Source: Eledone cirrhosa (lineage: Eukaryota). Taken from it: DNA of 64,000 bases. Location of the stretch: positions 98,580,001 to 98,644,000 of the forward strand of contig OZ024743.1 of the NCBI GenBank assembly GCA_964016885.1. Direction: 5' to 3'. Position 1 is the stretch's first letter, and every line of letters starts with the position of its first letter. A program made the position numbers and the translations under genes. This document shows, in pieces, positions 1 to 10,013 of this stretch. The notes under the pieces were generated by a model, which searched no databases, was not told the DNA's origin, and saw nothing but the letters and a program-made list of their open reading frames with translations.

Positions 1-150
1 AAGCATTTCCAGGACAATGGCTAGCAACACCCGCAGCTACTGCCACCCCACCTCACGGGGCACCTTCCTCAGATCTTGCGGAGGAACTCGGCAGAACGGG
101 GTCTGAGTACGCCTGATGTCTCGACGGCGACCCGTGTGAAGAGGATAATC
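1..150 (-). mobile_element. CRE-clade non-LTR retrotransposon, degenerate C-terminal restriction-like endonuclease fragment (within the MSH2 intron)
   Basis: Minus translation LFTRVAVETSGVLRPRSAEFLRKI*, then PREVGWQ*LRVLLAIV..GNA with frameshifts. This matches the FxPxAxETxG...LxQRxSxAIQRGNA terminus of CRE elements. Confidence 0.6.
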
Positions 151-559
151 CCTGGTGTTTGTTTATCAGACGTTAAGAAAGAATCTTTCATCATCTTGAT
201 ACTTGTTTAATTTATTTTAAGTTTTAATGATTTCTAGTGAATGCATAAATAACACACGAACGTTAATTACAGGTTTTAGTGACAGAATTGACGAGATAAA
301 CGACTGAGTACATTTGAATTAATATAGGATGAAACATTTTTGAAATTCAACATATTCGTAATACAAAACTCACTAAGATTGTTTAAGCAGGTAGGGAGAG
401 CAGTAAGACTTGTACTTTTAATAAACTATTGCTCAGCTAATTAAAGAAACCATATTTTATATACATATAAAACAACATAATATATATCAAACCAGTTTTA
501 TTGCGTATAACACACGCTAAGGTTAGTGTTTCCTCGTCGACCCGTGTACATTCGTGTGT

Positions 560-835
560 ATATAAGACAGGAGCATGTGAAATGAATCCGGTGAATCGGA
601 CGAGATATCTTTATTTTCTCTAATGAAAATATATTGTCAATGATACTCGATCTTCCTAATACACATTACTGATTTTACACGAACCGAAGAAAAACAATTT
701 TTTTAAAATAGCGATCAACCACTGGAATAACCTCGAACAAGAATCAGTTGACGCACCCTCAGTCAACATTTTTAAGCCAAGGCTAGAGAAGGAATGGACC
801 AACCACCTGCTAAAGTTTACCTATCACTTCTCGTA
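560..835 (+). mobile_element. CR1-like LINE 3' remnant
   Basis: Translation ...FFKIAINHWNNLEQESVDAPSVNIFKPRLEKEW resembles the CR1 ORF2 C-terminus (FFxxRVxxxWNxLPxxVVxAxSxxxFKxRLD). The left boundary is approximate. Confidence 0.6.
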
Positions 836-1116
836 TTGATGACCATCTGGGAAACATCGATAACAAGTGATGCTCGATACTCAGAAAAGTATCATCTCTA
901 CATTGGTATGAGTCTAATTACACTTACCGGGTACCAAATGACTATACTTAAGATATAAACGGAATCAAGCTTTTGAGAAAATTCTACACAGCTTCTAAAT
1001 TCAAAGACCGAAATTATTATATATTTTGTTTGTATGCAACATTATAACAAATATACAACATTATAGAGACAGAGAAAGATATAGATAGATAAACACGTGC
1101 TTGAATGATAACTCAC

Positions 1117-1166
1117 CTTCGGTAAGTTTCGAAAGAAAGATATAAAGCCCTGTTCTTGGATGCCGT
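1117..1166 (-). CDS. MSH2: MSH2 coding exon 2 (DGIQEQGFISFFRNLPK); the gene continues beyond the left edge of the window
   Basis: Acceptor tattattctgttgcag, 50-nt exon, donor AAG|GTGAGT. Phase 1 is compatible with exon 1 across a 110-bp intron (1167-1276). I found no exon 3 within 1-1116. Confidence 0.88.
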
Positions 1167-1276
1167 CTGCAACAGAATAATAGAGCAAGCTATTAGTGTT
1201 TCTTGTTTCATCATAAGTATATAACAATTGCATAATAAAAATAATGCATAGAAACATTTGATGTAACTTTATTTAC

Positions 1277-1310
1277 CTAACTGGAGTTCTTTGCTGCTTT
1301 GCACTGCCAT
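1277..1310 (-). CDS. MSH2: DNA mismatch repair protein MSH2, coding exon 1 (MAVQSSKELQL + 1 nt)
   Basis: Minus strand reads caaacATGG (invertebrate Kozak-like context), 11 codons plus G, then donor GTAAAT. Spliced to exon 2 it gives MAVQSSKELQLDGIQEQGFISFFRNLPK, which aligns by eye to the human MSH2 N-terminus [29 protein letters not shown]. Confidence 0.88.
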
Positions 1311-1324
1311 GTTTGAAGTCAGTC

Positions 1325-1400
1325 AACGCGGGAATTGTAAACAGGAAGTGACATCAAGAATTGCGGGAAATGTAAATAGAAACTGACGTAAAAATAACGC
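1325..1400 (-). promoter_or_regulatory. Probable MSH2 proximal promoter/5' region: duplicated ~35-bp module with E2F-like, ETS and CRE/ATF-like sites
   Basis: GCGGGAATTGTAAA (1328-1341), GCGGGAAATGTAAA (1363-1376; TTTCCCGC on minus), CAGGAAGTG (1342-1350), TGACATCA (1349-1356) and TGACGTAA (1384-1391), all immediately upstream of the MSH2 ATG. Confidence 0.6.
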
Positions 1401-1519
1401 AGGAGATATAATGACTTAATTTGTTCATTTCTATTCGTCAAATAGCATTCTATCAATAAATATTTGGTTCAGTTACAATAATAACTGTTTTGTGTATGTG
1501 TGACGCCTGAACGAGTATT

Positions 1520-2270
1520 CCTACCTCCAACTAACTTACTCTCCGCCTCTCTTGGTCCCCGCCGACAGGATGGAAAATACATTGCCTTGAATGACGGCAA
1601 GGGAGACGCGCTGGAACAACCACTGGACCTCGCGGGGCTCGCACCTGCAGGGCTCTCACATGCGGGCAGCCAACGCCTCTCTGATAGCTGTGAGCAGGAA
1701 TGTGATCTGAGGACAAAGAACGCCGGAATTTCCACTGCTTCAGGCTCTACCACAAAATTTTCAGAAAGCAGTACTTGAACAGTTTGTCCTCCTCGGTCTG
1801 GCAGCCAGCAGGGCTTGGGCTGGTAGCTAAACGCACCAGATTGCCACTAGAGAAGGTGTCACAGCATGTAGCATCCCACATTATGTGCCTACTCCTTGTG
1901 TTATTAAACTGGATATTGCATATCACCTCAGCAGCCCATCAGATGCAGATGCCGAGATCTGTGAGGAAAGATGCTTGGCTGTAGCAGGGGACACCGTGAA
2001 AGCTCTATAAGAACTTTGGCATGGCGAAGGAGCTCCTCTACAGAAAGAGTGCCGGGTTTCTAACTGACATAGCTTGAACCTGAGAGTAGAGCAAATAGCT
2101 GGCGGGAGGATCAGTGAACTGAGGATAAGGATGTTTTCCTAGGGGTCATTTGCACCTGATGGAGTGATGATCACACCTCTGAGATGGAAACCGCGAAGCC
2201 CTCTGTGTTGTAATTGACATTCACAATCTCCGACTTGGACAAGTTGATACCGAGGCCAATCCTCGCTACA
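1520..2270 (-). mobile_element. CRE-clade non-LTR retrotransposon remnant (end of RT plus RLE domain, internally deleted, frameshifted)
   Basis: Minus-strand peptides in order: GLGINLSKSEIV (RT end), RSSFAMPKFL, WDATCCDTFSSGNL..TEEDKLFKY, ENFVVEPEAVEI, and EPREVQWLFQRVSLAVIQGNVFSILSAG. Confidence 0.7.
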
Positions 2271-2287
2271 GTTTAGATTATATTATT

Positions 2288-2475
2288 GTGGATTGGCAGT
2301 ATCGGTAGAGGGTCGGGCGTCATGCTTTGAAGCATAGTGTTACCTCCCTTTATGATCTGAGTTCAAATCCCGCCGAGGTTAACTTTGCCTTTCATCCTTA
2401 CGGGGTCGATAAAATAAAGTACCAGTAATGCACTGGATAATTGCTGGCCTTGTGCCAAAAATAGAAACAATTATT
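2288..2475 (+). mobile_element. tRNA-derived SINE (octopus-type, MetaSINE-like central domain)
   Basis: A box TGGCAGTATCGG, B box GAGTTCAAATCC, core GCCTTTCATCCTTACGGGGTCGATAAAATAAAGTACCAG and an ATT-rich tail. At least 7 related copies occur in the window. Confidence 0.85.
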
Positions 2476-3096
2476 GTTTAATTGGGGAGTGTAAGGGCTT
2501 TTCTGGAGAAGCATCACTTTATGTAATCTTCATTAAACATAAGATAGAGAATTTGCTGTGAGAGATTTAGGTGCTAAGCTGGACAGACGGGTACTCCTTC
2601 AACAATTTGTAGAAGGAACATATTTTGTTGAATGCCCTTGCTTAACAGATTGATAAATTATGTACCGGGTCTTGTCTGGAGTCAATATCCCTTAAATACT
2701 AGAGCCTGCTGGGTTGTTCAGGGTTGATAGGAAAAGACAAGATAGTCTTGCTCTTTGTCCTTGGGTTTGAGGTAGATGTCTCATTAGGGAAGCCACAGTT
2801 AGCGACTCACTGTTGCTGTTTCTCATGTCTTGGATACAGTGGGGAAGGTGAAGGTCACTGCATCCATTGCCAAACGGATTAGAATTCTAAAATGCTAAAA
2901 AATTATTGGCAAATTATTCAGCCTGTGGTGTTTAAGATGCTTGGAGAGCTAATCTGCTCACAACAAGGTTCATTGTTGGCAGCTCACCTTACTGACATAT
3001 CAGGTGATGCTCACAAGGGGGCTTAGTTATGGTCTGGCTATTACACCACTACCATGAATGTATTAGCTTGCTTCAAACATTATCAGAAAGAAACTC

Positions 3097-3113
3097 CAGC
3101 GCCCCCTGCGGCG
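3097..3113 (-). promoter_or_regulatory. CTCF-like motif
   Basis: Minus strand CGCCGCAGGGGGCGCTG closely matches the CTCF core and stands out in AT-rich context. Motif match only. Confidence 0.35.
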
Positions 3114-3621
3114 TATAATTGAGTATGCTTCGCTTCTCTTGCATTTTTCTCCTGCTCATTAATCCCACTTTCGAATTAGTTCATCTTCAGATCTTCCTGG
3201 AATCTCCAGTACATCTTGTTGTGATGTGTGATTGAGTGGGCAGGTTTCTACCCCCCCCCCCCGTTTTATTCTTTTATTATTTCTCCTATTTTTCCTTTGT
3301 TTTTTTTTTCTTCTTTTTTTTTAGTACTGTAAATATCTGCAGATAACTAGATAGTGATCAGGTGTGCAGATACTATTACATCCAAATTCAGAGAACTCCC
3401 TTAGCAAACTAAGGACGTTGAGACAGAGTGGAGTTGTTCAGCTAAGCAGTTTCTGCTTCGGCTGTCATATTGTCTTGTATGTAGAATTATAGTAATTTTC
3501 TTCATGTAAATTTAATAACTACACCAAGGGTAGCAAGGGAAACAACTCTGTTAAACAAATATATAAATTACTATTAAAGCAATTAATGGTAACAGTGAGA
3601 GGGAGAGCGAGAAAAAAGGAG

Positions 3622-3960
3622 ATTTCCATGTGTCTAACACCCGTGGGCATGCCAACAAAGTCAGAAAACAGCATAGTTCCCATGACTTTCGGAAACATTT
3701 TTTTCACGCTCACAGTTGCTGAAGCATGGAACAAATTACCTGTTGTAGCTGTCAAGACACTGCATCCTTCAATTCTTCCATGTTTCCTGAAATTCGCCAA
3801 CACTACACCTGATGTCCCCTCTCCATACACGCACACACATGTATATCATGACTCATACTTCCCTGACATTTGTATATTATTCTATGTACTACACATGCAC
3901 CTTTGATCAGTTGTAGTGCACCTGAGCACTGTACACAATAATTTCATTATTATTATTTTA
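3622..3960 (+). mobile_element. CR1-like LINE 3' fragment with (ATT)n tail
   Basis: Encodes HDFRKHFFTLTVAEAWNKLP. Highly similar to 9680-10013 and ends gagcactgtacacaataatttcattattattatt. Confidence 0.8.
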
Positions 3961-3964
3961 ATAT

Positions 3965-4118
3965 GAGCAAATGGGGTCCCACGTGCTGGCCTCCCCACAG
4001 CCCCAGCGTACAGAATGAATAAGGCGTTTTCCCAGAGGATGGTTAAGGAGATGCGCCTGCAGAGCCATTCCATCTCGCGAGGCTCACACTGCGGCTGGCC
4101 AGCTCAGCGTCTATTGTG
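3965..4118 (-). mobile_element. CRE-clade retrotransposon 3' fragment
   Basis: Minus translation EPREMEWLCRRISLTILWENALFILYAG is homologous to EPREVQWLFQRVSLAVIQGNVFSILSAG at ~1555-1645. Confidence 0.65.
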
Positions 4119-4319
4119 GTAAGTAAGAAATTAACTATCGTTGGAATTTTCGATTTTTATTTAGTTCGACTATAAATCAAAGAAACGTAAAATTCACAAG
4201 ACTGTGTGAGCCAGATTATATCTCCATGGTAACTAATTACACAATAAGTGACACTTTCCTGCTGATACTCCAGGCTTGTCGCCAACCGTTGTTGTCAGCT
4301 TGTGTGTTCGTTACACGAG

Positions 4320-4412
4320 ACACCATTCGTTACCCCAGACGTTTTATGTTCGGAAAAATTCTTCGGGAACCGATTTGTTCGTGATGACAGGTGTTCGTGA
4401 GCCAAGGTATAT
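4320..4412. mobile_element. Possible Tigger/pogo-like DNA transposon terminal remnant
   Basis: Repeated TTCG subterminal motifs ending ...GTTCGTGAGCCAAGGTA, typical of Tigger-like TIR ends. Only one end is visible. Confidence 0.3.
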
Positions 4413-5970
4413 TATTTGTAAATGAAATGACATCAAATAAGCAAATAGATAAATAAAACACAAAGGCAACGAGATTTACCCACATCTGCACGTGCATTTC
4501 TTTTCTTTTTTTACATAAGCCTACACGTGTACAGTATACCTTTGAGATGTCCTAACTGACAGACAGAAAACATGGTATATGTGTAAACTATAAAGAAATA
4601 AAAATGGCAATAGTCATGAATGAGGTCACAGGTTGTGATGAAAGAACTTTGACAGACCATTTAATCAGCCAATCAATAGATTAATTAATAAAAATGAAAA
4701 TAAAAATAACAAGATCATGTGTTTCTGATTGGTAGTATGACTCTACCATAGTACAACAATAAACATCAATTTCTCATTCAATACTAGATTAACAAACAAT
4801 AAATTTATTTCACTAAAAATTCTTTTAAATCTAAAGTCACTTCTTATTGTCTCTACGTTGCAAGGGAGAAAGTATCAGTAACTTTACTCTTGTCTTTTCC
4901 TTTTTCTTTTGTAAAATTTAACTAAGAAGCAGTGTTTGTTTCCTTTATTTATTTTGCTTCAATTAACTTAGCTTTTATCTACTTTATAACCACATAGAAA
5001 TGCAGTTTCAAACATTTTGTTTTCTCTAAAGTGTGATGTTTAACAGATTAAATCTATACTGTAAGAGCACTGTCTGTCTGTCTGTCATGTAATCTCCATA
5101 TAGAGAAGGAAATACTACTCCCCCTCTCACCCCCACCTCTCTCTAACTAAAGCATAACATGTAAACGAATGAAAAGAATACATACCTGTACCAAGGTGTA
5201 AAGGTAAAGGTGGCAGTTTCAAGTGTGTATCAATGTTGACAGCTTGACTCTTAGAATTCTCACCTTTTTAATGAAAACTTGGTTATGAAAACCTCCTTAC
5301 TCTCACTCCACCTCTCACTCACTCCACATCTCTCTCTCTTTCACTCCCCCCCCCCCCTCAACCAACTAAAACATATTCTTTTGTGGAATATTTTTTCTTG
5401 GTTCAGTTTTGGAAAATACAGCATCATTGATAACATGTATAATGCTGAAGTTTGAGAGAAGACAATGGCAGTAGAAGAGAAGAACTAGACTCAATAACAG
5501 AGAAGTGCAGGTTATTTCACAAGCAAACTCTGCTGCAAGGCACAGAGAGCTTTGTCAAAACATGCAACAAGAAAAAGATGATTTTTGCACTCGGAATACA
5601 GATCAAAATTTTCAAGAAAGAAGAGAGTATATTCTTGCTGAGGGCACTAAGCAGCAACAATTGCAAGAAGACAACTTTCCCAGGAATAACGGTAACAAAT
5701 TTTGGAACAAGACACGGCTTAGCATCAAATACTTTATTGAAATAATCAAAGAATAGCCCAAAACGTTGCACAAAGCTAAGATTTGGATGCACAAGTCAAT
5801 GTAAATGTTTTCTGATATAACTATGGTCTGATGGAAGCACAATGCCGTCACTGCAGTGCCTTGATGTTTCTTGGAGATCACATGAGTGGTTTGCTGAATA
5901 ATCCTGACTTTGGCCTGTGTCATATAATATGTAGAACTATATATAAGGACTGGGTGGTAATTATTGTTTA

Positions 5971-6072
5971 AGGTTGACTTTGCCTTTCATCCTTATGGGG
6001 TCGATAAAATAAAGTACCAGTAATGCACTGGGTTATTGCTGGCCTTGTGCCTAAAGTAGAAACAATTATTGT
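5971..6072 (+). mobile_element. 5'-truncated copy of the MetaSINE-like SINE
   Basis: Core and tail match 2377-2475. Flanked by a direct repeat aattattgtttaaggtt on both sides (TSD-like). Confidence 0.8.
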
Positions 6073-6906
6073 TTAAGGTTCATTTGGCTGTATATTTACG
6101 TTGCTTTAGCTCCAATCCATCTTTATATTCTGTTTCAAGCAGGTGGTTCTTCTGATAACCTATGTTCGGAGGGGGGTGGGAGGTAGCTATCATAAAAATT
6201 CTGTATTACTTCATTTACCATATTGTAATTTTTTCACTCCTACTTTATGGCCCCTCATTATTTCTTAACTGTACAAAGAGGTCAGTTTATAATTTCTACA
6301 GGAGATTTCCTAAAATGTATATAGTTGTTTAAAAGAAACATTACAAAAACTGGAAAATTATTATTTTTTTATAATTCCAAAGGAGTTATACTTATTTTGA
6401 TCCTGGAAACGAAATTACTTGAGGTAACCTCCCATTGTCCACATGGTTGAGATCAGTGGCAGATATTCTAACAGACCCATACGTGATTCTAAAGGCTGGA
6501 TAATGACTTTGTATATACACAGCATATTTCAAATAATGTGTATTTATAACATTACTTTATATTAATATTAAATTTAGTTTGTTTTATATTGCTTTATTAC
6601 ATTTGAAATTTGTATGAATCATTGAACAATGATAAATAACTGAATACAATTTTACATAAACTTACATATAACTCCTTAAGAACACCGTAGAGTTTCACGT
6701 GCTTGGATTTCTTAGGAAATAAAATTGCCTCTTTGACATTTGCTCATCTCCAGATGTTGTGGAAGAGATGGGATTACACTGATTGAGAACTTATTCCACA
6801 CAGGTCAACTTGGTATAAAAAGAAATACTAAAAAATTGGTGAAGGTTATTCTCCCTCTACTTCTCTTCCACATTACCCCCATCTCCCACTGCCTATTCCT
6901 GATTAT

Positions 6907-7010
6907 TTCTTCTTCTTCTTCTTCTTCTTCTTCTTCTTCTTCTTCTTCTTCTTCTTCTTCTTCTTCTTTCTTTTTCTTCTTTTTCTTTTTCTATTTCTTC
7001 TTCTTCTTCT
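6907..7010 (+). repeat. (TTC)n microsatellite
   Basis: About 20 perfect TTC units followed by degenerate units. Confidence 0.95.
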
Positions 7011-7167
7011 AGACTTACATAAGGCTTTTTTTTAAAAATCGATGAACAAGATCCCAGACCTCATTAGCTTGCTTAATGGGGTGGACCTCGTCAAATCAGA
7101 CCAAGGAAATAATGTTTCCCTTGGTCTTTCCATTGCTGATACTATCTACCGGTTACAAGTCCTTGAC

Positions 7168-7287
7168 AGAAGGAGCAACAAGAAATAAAACCTTGCTCAA
7201 GGACACAATGTATCACCCGATCTGAGAATTGAACTCGCAACCTCACAATTGTGAATCCAACTATAACCACAAGCCACAGACCTTCAC
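7168..7287 (-). mobile_element. Degenerate tRNA-derived SINE head (second family)
   Basis: CTTGCTCAAGGACACAA...GAATTGAACTC...CCAC..GCCAC pattern shared with 13295-13412. Confidence 0.55.
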
Positions 7288-8000
7288 ACAAGGCCAGTCA
7301 ACATCATTAGGTATATAAAAACAGACAGACAGTGGTAATAAGGAGCACACTCAGATTGCTGCACCTTACCTCACACAAGGTTAGGTACAACTCACTATTT
7401 TGATGTGACTGTAGTGTAATAAAAGAAATAGCAAAATAAGATGTTTAGATAAGTTGCCAAATACAATTGATTTTAATCCTTAACAACAGTAAATCAATAT
7501 AAATTGGTATATTTTATATGAGTGAACTTATTAAAAACAATTTGTTGACTTTATACTCGAGGTTTGATATAATTTTAAAAAATAATAGAAATTCCAGAAA
7601 AGACCATAATTGGAAATATTTAGAATTGATAATATCGAGGACACAACATGACTTCAGTATTTTAAACAAAATCTATAACTGTATCTTGTGAATTTGATAG
7701 TATATTGCAGATTGATTTTTATATTTTATCTACCCTCGATCAAGCCAGATAGGGTGATGGAGATTTGTTCCTTTTTACACAATATGGTCTTTAACTAGGA
7801 CATAGTATGTCTAAAGTAATGGAAACATTTAATGTGTATATTGTAGATAGATAATCATCTTTAAACAGCCAAATTTTACAGATGTAATCATATTCTTAAA
7901 AAATATTTTCTTGACTTTCACCAGGCATATGTAGCAGAGAACTGAAGATAACTGAGATGTAGATAGGTGTGCACTGAAATATTATTATAACAAACAGAAA

Positions 8001-8218
8001 GGTGGATTGGCAGAACCGGTAGAGCGTCGGACAATATGCTTAGTGGCATAGAGTTATAGCCCTTTACGTTTTGAGTTCAAATCCCACTGAGATTAACTTT
8101 GTTTTTCATCCTTATGGGGTCAATAAAATAAAGTACCAGTAATGCATTGGAGTTGATTTAATCAACTTTCCCTTCCCCCCAAATTGCTGGCCTTGTGCCT
8201 ATAGTAGAAATCATTATT
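8001..8218 (+). mobile_element. Full-length MetaSINE-like tRNA SINE with TSD
   Basis: A and B boxes plus core. attattataacaa(a/c)cag is repeated at ~7981 and ~8213. Confidence 0.85.
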
Positions 8219-8253
8219 ATAACAACCAGTTGGCTTAAGAAACACTGAGGAAA

Positions 8254-8464
8254 TTTGAAATGTAGTTGTCCCAATGTAAATGACTATAGCAATAGTTTAT
8301 CACAATAAATGATAGTTGAGATAATCAGGTAAAGTAATTTTAGAGGTAGAAAAATGGACAGAGGTACCTCTTTCCACTATTTCCTGCCTCCAGAAGTACT
8401 CTACCCAATTTATAGTGATTTACTGTTGTTATAATCATTTATATTGGGACAACTACGTTTGAAA
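8254..8464. mobile_element. MITE-like element with ~57-bp imperfect terminal inverted repeats
   Basis: tttgaaatgtagttgtcccaatgtaaatgactatag... is the near reverse complement of ...tataatcatttatattgggacaactacgtttgaaa. Confidence 0.65.
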
Positions 8465-9589
8465 CATTATTATATAATGTTTTGAAAAGAACCTTTACAC
8501 ATATGATGGAATACTAAAATTCTCCTGGTTATTGTATAATCAATAATAGAGGAAGATTAAATCTTTCATAATTCTTTGTAAACACAAGATATAGAGCATA
8601 TAAAATTGTTAATGGTTTGAATAATGGGGCATAAATAGTATTTGAAGGTTTAAATGGTTCTTTAATAACGATTATTGAAGAAAGATATTGTCTATGAAAA
8701 AGTTGATCTCATGCAGCATTATAATACTATTTGCCATAATTATTAGAGGAAGATCATATTAACCCTTTTGATATGAAACTGTCTGAAACTGCCCTTGGTT
8801 CTATAAGACAAAGCTGTTTATTTAAACTGTTTAAAATTCTTCTGTCATAATTTTATAAATGAACTTTTGTTATATTTCAAACACCAGCTTAATACTAAGA
8901 AAGTTAGTCTGATCCAAATTCTTGTTTATTTTCAAAGTGATTGTAAAATCACAGACAGTGTTTTTCATGAGAAATATAGTGATGAAAGGCTTAAAATAAT
9001 TATCAGAAACCTGAAATAATGAATTATTCAAGAAATATATTACAAAAACTGCAGAAAACCCATCAAACATCTCCCAAAGACTTCAGAATGTATTTCAACC
9101 ACAAGGGGAGGTCACTCTCATCATTCTTAGGGTTATTTCACAAATGGCTTGTAAATTTGTGCATTCTATATCTATTGTACTCAAAACTGGAAATTAGTTG
9201 CAAATGTTTATTACGGAGAACATTTTTGAAAACAAAATTTCATAAGATTCCGAAGTGCACAACATAAAAAACTTTACAGTTTGGCAACACAAATTAATTT
9301 CCACTTGAGAACAAGGGTTATAGTTTATTTAAGACTCCAACTGAAATTTGACAAATTTGTGTCATTTTTTCTAAGTTGATTCTGGACTGAGTTATAATGC
9401 TGAGAATATCAAGTTTTGAATCAGTTTGATATGAATATAATATATAATTTCAAAACAGTATTTGTAATCAGAGTGGCATGTTAAATAATACCTTTACAAT
9501 AAGCAAGAGAATAGTCAATAAGAATAATCCCCATTGGTAAATCTTAATATTCCATCAATTTATAATACTTCATTTGTTCAATACACTTA

Positions 9590-10013
9590 TGCATTGAAGC
9601 TCCGGCGTCTGGCAATGGACTTGGTAAACACCCACAAAGTTATTAACCATCTCGCCAACAACAACCATGAGCACCTTTTTGATCTCCATGTGTCTAACAC
9701 ACGTGGACATGCCTATAATGTCAGAAAACAGCACAGCTCCCATGACTTTCGGAAACATTTTTTCACGCTTGGAGTTGCTGAAGCATGGAACAAACTACCT
9801 GCGTCAGTTGTTAGCTGCCGAGACACAACATCCTTTAAAACCCTCATGCTTCCCGAAATTCGCCAAAACTACACCTGATGTCCCCCTTCCATACACATGC
9901 ACACGTGTATATCATGACTCATGCACTTTTCATTTTCCTGACGTTTGTACATTACCCTATGTACTATACATACACTTTTTGATGAGTTGTAGTGCACCTG
10001 AGCACTGTACACA
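9590..10013 (+). mobile_element. CR1-like LINE 3' fragment; its tail is interrupted by the RTE insertion and resumes at ~12199
   Basis: Encodes LKLRRLAMDLVNTHKVI...TRGHAYNVRKQHSSHDFRKHFFTLGVAEAWNKLPASVV (CR1 ORF2 C-terminus). Confidence 0.85.

Noticed and set aside
1042-1257. 71-aa ORF as a standalone gene
   Set aside because: Only its middle (DGIQEQGFISFFRNLPK) is real, as MSH2 exon 2; the remainder is intron read-through.
2288-2375. tRNA genes at the SINE heads
   Set aside because: A and B boxes are present but there is no cloverleaf, and each continues into SINE core and tail.
4073-4125. TCTCGCGAG promoter motif plus GTAAGT donor as the first exon of a plus-strand gene
   Set aside because: The motif lies within the coding remnant of a CRE retrotransposon (codons PRE), and no coherent downstream reading frame was found. 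Not called as a feature.
5612-5923. HQGTAVTALCF resembling a WD40 repeat strand
   Set aside because: The similarity is limited to a few residues, the rest of the ORF does not continue a WD40 pattern, and there are no convincing splice sites.
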